Source: a virus (lineage: Duplodnaviria > Caudoviricetes). From it: 58,299 nucleotides of DNA. The DNA lies in IMG/VR virus record IMGVR_UViG_3300021225_000305, positions 1 through 58,299 of that record; one strand, 5' to 3'. Each line of letters opens with the position of its first letter. Position 1 is the stretch's first letter. The translations under genes and the position numbers were made by a program. Shown piece after piece: positions 19,908 through 27,350 of this stretch. The notes below the pieces were generated by a model that had not been told where the DNA came from, did no database searches, and saw only the letters and a program-made list of their open reading frames with translations.

Positions 19908-20096
19908 TTATATTACCTTAGATTCAATTAGGTTGAAATAGTCCATGTAAAGGTTGTGAAATATCTCATTAGCCTCTTCTGTGTAATACTTTCCGTCCTC
20001 TTCCCAAATTACTATTTTATCCGTATACACTCTCTCAAGGTGTAAGGAAGCTAATTCAGAGGCAAGGTCTTGTGCGTTGATTGTTCTAGTAAACAT
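19908..20096 (-). CDS. Small acidic protein, first ORF of the early operon; paralog of 18266-18466
   Basis: TINA.DLASELAS.HLER....VIWEE.G..YTE.A...F...Y..Y..LIES shared with 18266-18466. Confidence 0.7.
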   Translation of the reverse strand: MFTRTINAQDLASELASLHLERVYTDKIVIWEEDGKYYTEEANEIFHNLYMDYFNLIESKVI

Positions 20097-20118
20097 AGTT
20101 GTGTGTGTTAATTGGTTA

Positions 20119-20180
20119 GCGAAACGTAGGGACTCGAACCCCTAGGTCTCTCTCACGAGCAAACCTCTCCGAGCGTTTCA
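20119..20180 (-). ncRNA. tRNA-like element (acceptor stem + T arm, no D stem, no anticodon)
   Basis: TGAAACG/CGTTTCG acceptor, TAGGG-GTTCGAGT-CCCTA T arm, and a GTGA-tetraloop hairpin in place of the anticodon arm. Confidence 0.6.
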
Positions 20181-20191
20181 GTGTTTCCGAT

Positions 20192-20203
20192 ATGTCAAAG
20201 AAC
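20192..20203 (-). promoter_or_regulatory. boxA-like antitermination motif
   Basis: GTTCTTTGACAT resembles rrn boxA (TGCTCTTTAACA-type) and sits in the leader of a long operon. Confidence 0.5.
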
Positions 20204-20406
20204 TGCGGTCTTTATAGTCTTTTCCGTGTATGACTAGTAATCTCTCCGTGTAACGGCTGTAGCATAGGTGATTACAATCTCTATCTAACTAAACTCTCTC
20301 TCCTTAACTACCTCTATTCGAAGAACACTCTTGTGTATATCTGATATCTCATCAGTGCGGGTAGTAATCAGTAAGTAAGCTTTCGTTGTTGTTCCGTTGA
20401 ACACTG

Positions 20407-20439
20407 CAAATGTATGGTAATTAAAAAGTTTATTCCAAA
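20407..20439 (-). promoter_or_regulatory. Early-operon promoter (Bacteroidota consensus)
   Basis: TTTG (20436-20439), 21-nt spacer, TACATTTG (20407-20414). Confidence 0.75.
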
Positions 20440-21360
20440 TTTATTTTCAAAGATGTTCTAAAACACTGATTAGTTCGTCACGAAGAAATGCGGCTTACAG
20501 AGCGTCATGACATCTCAAAACATCAGTAAAATAAGGGAAAATAAAAATAAATGAAAAAAAAACGAAAATATTTTTGATTGTAGGAATGATAAGGGTTTGA
20601 GGTATGACATGGAGAAAAATGTGAGGATTGGCGTGACTTGTAGAAGGTCACAAAAGACTGGAGATTGCGGTTTTTTCGTGCCTGTTTTGAGTGCTTGTTG
20701 TTCACCTGAGGCTGTTTTTCGGGTTCGTCTCAGGTATTTTTATATGGCAAAATGTGTATTGAATTGTGCCGATAATTGGGGGCGAAATGTTGGCGTGTTT
20801 GTGTGTGAATTTCAGGTAGTGTTTCTAGGGTTATTTGGTGCCGTGTTTGAATGTCATTTATCGGCATGGATGAGACGTTATGTTTTGGGGTTCATTGGAG
20901 GGTTATAAGAGAGGTTCATGCATGAGATAATATGTAGGCATGGGAGAGAGTAATACGCCACGTTTACGGGCTTGTTTCGAGGTCATGCTTTTGCCGAGGT
21001 GTGAGCTTCGGGATCCCAATATTGATGCGGGCTGTAGCGATTTATGGTGCCGAGAGATTGAGGCTTGGCTTGGGCTTTTCTCAGTGTTGACGGGCGATGC
21101 AGAGCTTTGGGGCTTGGCTTTTGGCTTCAATTGACCACAGACGGGGGTGGGTTCGCAAACACGCATTTCCTGGAGGCGAGCGGGGTGGCCTGGTGTGTGG
21201 GAAACCCCTCTCTTTAAACAGCTTGCCCTCTCCCTAAACATCTCGCCCCTTTCCCCTTTCGATCTGGGTTTTCGTTCCCCTTGATTCCCTTTTCGTGGCC
21301 ATTTATTTACCTCTGAGTAAAACTTTTCCCGTATTTTGTTAACTGGGACGTAAAAAAGGT
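20440..21360. other. ~0.9 kb non-coding, strand-skewed region between divergent promoters; possible genome end, packaging site or origin
   Basis: G/T-rich + strand, a GGGGTGG pair near 21143-21190, then a C/T-rich tract at 21205-21330; the ORFs here look spurious. Confidence 0.4.
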
Positions 21361-21395
21361 GTATATTTGCGGAACACATTATAAAAAATAGGATT

Positions 21396-22187
21396 ATGTA
21401 CATTGGATGGTTTAGTTGTGGTGTTACTTCGGCTGTAGCGTGTCGCATGGCTGTAGAGATGTATGGCAAGGAGAATGTCCGTTTGTTTTACATGGAGATT
21501 GACTCTGCGCATAGGGATAATGAGCGTTTCATTGTTGAGTGTGAGCGTTGGATTGGTGTCCCTGTGGAGCGTAGGCGTAGTGGGAAGTATGTAGACCAGT
21601 TTGACGTGATTAAGCGTACTGGGTATGTAAACGGTGCTGGTGGTGCGAGGTGTACTAAGGAGTTGAAGAAGGATGTTCGTAAGTCTATAGAGAAGGAGTT
21701 TGAGTATGACGGTCAGGTCTTTGGCTTTGAGTTTTCACAGAAGGAGGTTAATCGTGCTATACGTTTTGCACAGCAGTACCCTGACAGCAAGCCTGTCTAT
21801 CCTTTGATTGACCAGAAAATGACTAAAAGTATGTGTGCTGAGCTTCTATTGAGGAATGGGATCCGTTTACCTGCTATGTATGAGTTGGGTTTTCACAATA
21901 ATAACTGTATTGGCTGTGTAAAAGGGGGTAAGGGTTATTGGAATCATGTGAGAAAACATTTCCCTGATCAGTATGAGCGTATGGCTGTTCTAGAGAGGGA
22001 GGTTGGACACTCGTGTATTAAGGGACGTTTCTTGGATGAGATGACTGAGAGTGAGGGGAGACATGATCCGCCTATTGTCCCTGACTGTGGAACTTTCTGT
22101 GAGATTGAGTTTGCCGATATTATCGATCCGAATGTTCAGCCCATTATGGATGGTGTTAAGAGTATGGGCCAATTAAAGTTATTCTGA
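21396..22187 (+). CDS. PAPS-reductase/adenine-nucleotide alpha-hydrolase family protein with Cys cluster
   Basis: WFSCGVTSAVA (PP-loop-like), CT.ELK, GFHNNNCIGCVKGG.GYW, CG.FCE; TATATTTG at 21362-21369. Confidence 0.75.
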   Translation: MYIGWFSCGVTSAVACRMAVEMYGKENVRLFYMEIDSAHRDNERFIVECERWIGVPVERRRSGKYVDQFDVIKRTGYVNGAGGARCTKELKKDVRKSIEKEFEYDGQVFGFEFSQKEVNRAIRFAQQYPDSKPVYPLIDQKMTKSMCAELLLRNGIRLPAMYELGFHNNNCIGCVKGGKGYWNHVRKHFPDQYERMAVLEREVGHSCIKGRFLDEMTESEGRHDPPIVPDCGTFCEIEFADIIDPNVQPIMDGVKSMGQLKLF

Positions 22188-22188
22188 T

Positions 22189-22377
22189 ATGCTGACGCAG
22201 GATTTGAGACGTTTACGTAAGTTACATGGTGTGAGCTTATGTTCCCTAGCTGGTGTGGTTGGGAAGAGTGGTGCGTGGTTGAGTCGTGTTGAGCGGGGCT
22301 TGATTGACGTGTCCTTTGGGGATATGTGTTCCATGATCTCCCACTTGGGCTATCGGATTAATGTGGTACTGGGGTAG
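22189..22377 (+). CDS. XRE-family HTH protein
   Basis: LRRLRK..GVSL..LA..VG.S.AWLSRVERG. Confidence 0.75.
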   Translation: MLTQDLRRLRKLHGVSLCSLAGVVGKSGAWLSRVERGLIDVSFGDMCSMISHLGYRINVVLG

Positions 22378-22382
22378 GGGGT

Positions 22383-22950
22383 GGTATCGCAAAATGCGTT
22401 TCTTGCATAGTGCTAAACCTATCGATATCGAGTGGCTTAAAAAAATTTTTTCTCTGGAGTGTCGACTGCGTGTCTACAGTTGGGTAGTTTTGCTAACCAA
22501 CCTGTGATAAACTGTCACGCTTTGGGTAGTGGTACTAACCAGTTGGTTACAATTACTAACCATCTGGATGGTGTCAACTAAATGGTGCAGGAAACTTGAC
22601 ATTTCATCCCTGATGTTCATTTTTTAACATCAAAGCTATTTGTCTATCACATTTCACTTAATTTGACACTCTATATGTAGATGCGTGTAATATTTGGAAA
22701 AATTCATGCAGTAATTCGGCAGGATTCCGAGTTTGGCCATGTTTTGTTACCGAGTTTGGCATTTTGCGCCTACTTTTCACGCTATGCGCCTGTGGATTAT
22801 TTTCCACTAAGAGCCTGATTCTGGTGATTATTTTCCACAATATCTGTCGCAAATAAATACTATACTTGCGACAAACATTTGCCAGTAAACCGCTTCTACT
22901 GTCCTTTGTTGGTTGTCCGTTTATATCGGACAGGTGTTATTTATAACATC
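22383..22950. repeat. Tiled array of short, mutually different imperfect palindromes (part 1)
   Basis: About 16 abutting inverted repeats, e.g. GTTGGgTAG..CTAaCCAAC, GTGAtAAACTGTCAC, TGATGTT..AACATCA, TGTCGCAA..TTGCGACA, TGTCCG..CGGACA, TGTTAT..ATAACA. Confidence 0.75.
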
Positions 22951-22959
22951 TAGCTCATA

Positions 22960-23526
22960 TTAATCCTTTTTATTCCTGACTCTTTGACCAGCAACTTTTG
23001 TTTTTATTTCTTCTGCTTTAAGAGCTAGTACACATTTTATTAAAACATGAAGTCCAACACCTGATCCATTTTCAAGTTGTATTAATGTAGATCTTGCTAC
23101 TCCCATTCTTTTTGCCATATCCTCTTGGGTTATTTTTCTATATAACCTTTCAGTTTTAACTATATGGGGTATATTACTTACTATTCTATATAGTTCCTCA
23201 AAGTCTCTACCATCTTGGTCGGACCTTGTTTGAACTAATTCATTAGGGAGGAACTGCACATTTAAAAGATTTGGGTTAATGTCGTGGTAGTATGCTATCC
23301 AGTATTTTTCTCTAATTGCTAGGTCATCAAGATTCTCTACCTCTTCTATGATATCTATTTTAGGGTATAGCCAATTCTCCTCCAGCATTTTCACCCATTC
23401 ATTTACATGAGTAGAGTGTGAGTTGGTTAAATGTTGCAGAGGTCTTTTCTCACCTACTGTGCTTTTACCTATATACTGGTAGACATCGTTTCTTGGATCT
23501 CGTAGTCCGTAAATTATGTTCTTCAT
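22960..23526 (-). CDS. GIY-YIG endonuclease with C-terminal XRE HTH
   Basis: IIYGLRDP...YIGKS...R..QH...E.YWI....LLN, then ITQEDMAKRMGVARSTLIQLENG. ATG at 23526 downstream of TACCTTTG. Confidence 0.8.
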   Translation of the reverse strand: MKNIIYGLRDPRNDVYQYIGKSTVGEKRPLQHLTNSHSTHVNEWVKMLEENWLYPKIDIIEEVENLDDLAIREKYWIAYYHDINPNLLNVQFLPNELVQTRSDQDGRDFEELYRIVSNIPHIVKTERLYRKITQEDMAKRMGVARSTLIQLENGSGVGLHVLIKCVLALKAEEIKTKVAGQRVRNKKD

Positions 23527-23586
23527 TATCAAATGTATTAAATATAATACAAAGGTATGAAATGTCATACAAATAAACAAGTGGAT

Positions 23587-23723
23587 TCACACTATAATGT
23601 GATTTAGCTCGTAACATTTTTACATGTGTTTTTGTTACGAAAAGTCATGGAATTCTTGGACAAAAAAAATCCAGAGGTAAAACTATGTCTTGACAATTTT
23701 TGAAGTCGTGATTATTTGTCACG
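23587..23723. repeat. Tiled palindrome array (part 2)
   Basis: TCACA-N6-TGTGA, TCGTAACA..TGTTACGA, GTCatGgAATTCTTGGAC, CGTGAttATTTGTCACG. Confidence 0.65.
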
Positions 23724-24495
23724 CTATCCCTTGACGATCTCCTTGAGTTGTGTGAGGATGTCTGTTTGTGTCTGTCCCCAAAACATATCGCAGGTTCCGT
23801 CCTCCTTGATTGGAGGATCTACAAAATAGCTTTGAGCGTATTCATTAGCAGGTGCTGTAAATCGGAAGCACTTCTCCTTATGAGGGCAAGACTCCCCTGG
23901 ATCGCATTTAGTTATATCACTCATCTGCACCTCCTGTTTGATATTGGTTACCTTTTTGCTCGATAGCATCTAATACTCTAAACAATGGAACTAAGATTGT
24001 CCCATTTGTGTACACCTCTTTGCTATCCTTGAAGTTGTAGTCCATGATAAAGTCTATGATCTTAAGCTGCTCTTCATCAGTAATGTATTTGAGTCTACTT
24101 TTGATAGATATATCTTCTTTGATCTCTTCTTTACTCATCTCCACCTCCTTTAGACCTCTCATCAAGATAGTCTTGAACTCTTGTCACTAATAGGTACATT
24201 ATTGGTATGGATAGACAAAGCGTTGTAGCATCTATAAGTAGTTTCATTCTCCACCTCCTTTGATTTTATCTCTCATCCATTTAGCACCACTTCTGAAACT
24301 ATTTGAAGAACCATTCTCAATGTAGTGAGTTGCTTCATCATCTATCTCCTCCTCCGTTGGTAGTTCTATTGGGGTTACTAATTCAAGTATATCATCTGCA
24401 GCATCGTCAGTGGAGTATCCATAATACATTGTAAGTAGATTTAAGATAATGCAGATTTCTTCTCTTAACTCTTTTTTTGTATATAACTTACTCAT
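23724..24495 (-). CDS. Four coupled small ORFs (23724-23924 Cys-rich, 23917-24138, 24131-24247, 24244-24495)
   Basis: Each start overlaps the previous stop and is preceded by GGAGGT; 23724-23924 has DITKC....C..K..C.RF...C..FW. Confidence 0.6.
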
Positions 24496-25090
24496 TGTTA
24501 CCTCCAAATGTTTCGTTAAACTTATTATATTTTTTTAAATTATCTGTTGCCCACATAGGTTGAAAGTTTGTGTAATGATTTAAAGAAATTACTTCAGATT
24601 CATTATTAGCTAAAGATATTGGTTTTATATGATCTAAGTGCCATTCTCCATGATTTTCCCAACTCATACCTTCTTTAAATTTACTAGATATATATTTTAT
24701 AAAAAAATCATAGTCGCAACCAAGTATATCAAATGCTTTAGATTTTTTTGAGTAACCTTGTTTAGTTATTGAGATTCTAATCAATGTTCTTAGTCTATTT
24801 TTAAATCTAAAAAAATCATCTGACTTGAGCCTTTCTTGCTGGTACTTTTTGCCATAACCTGTTTTAACATTCCACTCTTTAGATTTCTTATTATAATAAT
24901 CTCTATTGTTAGAACGATATTTTTTTTGATACTCAAGTATTTTCCCTCTATTTTCAAGATGATGTTTTTTAGACCTTTGTTTTATACAATCTTTGCATCC
25001 TGAACTAAAGCCATCACTATTTTTCTTATCTAAATAGAAGAAACTTGTCTCCTTAACTAAGGTGCATATATGACACTTTTTATTGTTCAT
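24488..25090 (-). CDS. HNH homing-type endonuclease with N-terminal Zn finger
   Basis: C..C...K....F....CK.C; ILGC; MSWENHGEWHLDHIKP...NHYTNFQPMWA.DN..K. AT-rich relative to neighbours. Confidence 0.8.
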   Translation of the reverse strand: MNNKKCHICTLVKETSFFYLDKKNSDGFSSGCKDCIKQRSKKHHLENRGKILEYQKKYRSNNRDYYNKKSKEWNVKTGYGKKYQQERLKSDDFFRFKNRLRTLIRISITKQGYSKKSKAFDILGCDYDFFIKYISSKFKEGMSWENHGEWHLDHIKPISLANNESEVISLNHYTNFQPMWATDNLKKYNKFNETFGGNNE

Positions 25091-26422
25091 AATGTTCATA
25101 ATGTTCGTTATAGTATTGTTCTGCATTTCTGTGGTAAAATGTTTCCTTTGATTGTTGGTCGCTCCTGCCTTCTCGATAAGATTCTTGAACCTCCTCCTTG
25201 TGCATTGCTTTGGCTTGTTTAACAATTGAATTATATTTTTTTACACCAACTACCATAGCAATTCTATTGTTTTCTCCCTCTAATTGCTCTATAAGATAAT
25301 CTATACTATTTTGTTTCTTTTCCATAATTTTTATTTTTTAGTTAAGTACACGTAAGTAACAATCACAAGTGCAATTAGTGATATTACCGTTGAAAGTTGA
25401 GGGTAAACAATCATCATTGATGACAAGAATAGTATTGCAATTGCAAATGCTACCGATAATAAAAACGCTTTAATTTTGTTCATAGATTATTTATTTGATT
25501 TAGTTATTGTGTGTTTTGCAAATATATTAACATTTTTGGAATTATTGCAATACGTATTTCTACGTATTAATCTGCCCATACCCAGTATCCGATCATTCTA
25601 TTGTTAAATTATCTTCTTGCAACATCTCTCTAAGGACCTCTCTTAAACGATAGCACACATCCATTTCAGCTTCTGTTGCCTCTCCATTACCTTGTAGTGC
25701 AGCTCCGTGTTTATGCACGCTGCGGAGTTTCTGGTCGAGTTCCCAGAGGAGCATCTTGTACTTATGTCCATCGAGGGCTGTACGCAGTTCTTCTGCCTCC
25801 TCTACTCGGTCAAATTCTATTGTTACCTTGCTCATAGCTTTTAGTTTTAATAACATAATGGAGATAGTGAGGCTCGTGTGCATGAGGCCTGTCGTGATAA
25901 GTCACCCAAAAGCCGATTATCTCAATATCTTTTTCATTGCAATCCTTTATAAACTGTTCATGCTCTGCTGTGCCTTGAGTTCCAGTATGGAATTTAACAT
26001 GCTCTATTTTTGTTTCTTTCATAGCTTTTCTATTTCTTGTTTAACTTCTTCCCAGTATATAAACTGATTTTCTGCTGCTGTCAAATCAAATATAACTATT
26101 GAATTTATTATCTCGTCTACTGCAATTAAGGCGCATTGCTTTGCATCTAGATAGATCCAATACTTGTCGACTAGTTCCTTTGCCTTTAATTTAGGTGTCA
26201 TGATTACTCAAATGTGTTTGTGTAGTATTCCTCAAATTGCTTTTCGAAGATCTTTTTTAGGCGAGGGACTTTAGTCACATGAGCGAGGTATAGGTCCTTC
26301 ATCTCCTGCTTATGCAACTCCTTCATCTCCTTGAGTACGGCATTCCACTCCCACTTATCCTTTGGAGTTTCCCATAGTATTTCGAAGAGGGCATCTACCG
26401 AGGTTTGCTTCTTGTTACTCAT
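25080..26422 (-). CDS. Small hypothetical ORFs (25080-25325, 25331-25483 membrane, 25593-25835, 25810-26022, 26019-26201, 26204-26422)
   Basis: Co-oriented packed ORFs; two belong to the KQ.SV family and one has a TPK.KAKELV...AKQCALIAVDEII motif. Confidence 0.55.
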
Positions 26423-26436
26423 GCTTTTTATTTTAG

Positions 26437-26573
26437 CAAGGGAGACAGGTTATAACCCTGCACGATAACACTCACTGGAAAGGCTATAACAGGTGGTCCT
26501 GCTTATACCTTAGGTAATCCTATTATGTGTTATCTATCTTACCTCCTTAGCGTCTTTATTCCGCCACTCCCCT
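26437..26573 (-). ncRNA. tRNA-Leu-like RNA with greatly expanded variable region and degenerate T loop
   Basis: AGGGGAG/CTCCCTT acceptor, TG-GCG-GAATAAAGA-CGC D arm, GCAGG/CCTGT T stem, GATAACAC/GTGTTATC long arm. Confidence 0.5.
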
Positions 26574-26687
26574 ATGTGCCTTTTTAAACGACATCGAGAA
26601 GGCTAACTCTATCTCCTATACGATGAGAACAGTTACTTTAGCTTGTGTCAGAGGCTTACTGTGTTTTACGATCCACCGCGCTTGTGG

Positions 26688-27296
26688 CTATTTCAGTTTC
26701 TCTTTCTTATTCATTTGAGAGAGTACCCACGTCAAAACTTCTAACTTAATCTCATCGGATAGATCCTCGCTAAAGGTCTTGCGGAGCATTTTCTCATACA
26801 CCAGCTGCTTCACTATCTTCATCTATATCCTTTTGTTCTAGTGAGGCACGGAATAATCTTGCGTAATTTTGAAAATCAGGATTGTCTCTCAGTTCTGTTA
26901 AATGAGGATAAATTGCAGAGTCCGATAATTGGCCTGTTAGATTTTTTACAGACTCAATAATTTCTTCATTGCTTGATTCTATATTGAGAGCTAATAGTTC
27001 AACTATCAATTTTTCAAATGATTCAGCAAAGGCTTCTACACCACCGCTTGTTAAATTTAATTGTTTCATTTTGTATTATTTTCACAAATGTACGAAATAC
27101 GTAAAACAATATACAAATTAAGTTATTAACAATTTTAAATATTATTGGGAAGTTTGTATTCCTCTCCTGAGTCGAGACTAGACTTATAATCTTTGATTAT
27201 GTCGCATAGGAGTGGCTTTTTACCGATCTGAGAGCAGCCCAATTGGTGAGCGTTATAGTACCCACATTCAGGGCATTTGCTTTTTTGCTTTTTCAT
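26688..27296 (-). CDS. Small hypothetical ORFs (26688-26822, 26794-27069, 27135-27296)
   Basis: Read by hand plus track. 27135-27296 carries CPECG...H..GC; TACATTTG upstream of 27069. Confidence 0.5.
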
Positions 27297-27350
27297 GGCT
27301 GCAATTTACATTTTTTTCTTATATCTTTGTTTGTATAAATAAAAAATAAA

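Noticed and set aside
20290-20390. Possible third hammerhead (CTGATGAG at 20348-20355 on the minus strand, with nearby CGAAA/CGAAT)
   Set aside because: No consistent stems II and III can be built, and the downstream core reads GAAT, not GAAA.
20523-21469. Track ORFs 20523-20705, 20597-20908, 20903-21469 and 20940-21134
   Set aside because: Atypical composition, no leader motif and mutual overlaps in a skewed non-coding region; likely spurious.
22383-23723. CRISPR or mini-CRISPR array
   Set aside because: No constant direct repeat with regular spacers; the units are different palindromes, and there are no cas genes.
26437-26573. Functional tRNA-Leu or tmRNA call
   Set aside because: No 7-nt anticodon loop on a 5-bp stem, a non-canonical T loop, and far too short for tmRNA with no tag frame; kept only as a tRNA-like RNA.
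26628-26690. Twister-like string (ACAG-TAA...ACAAGC...CTGT)
   Set aside because: Lacks the conserved pseudoknot partners and GAGGG-type segment of twister ribozymes.
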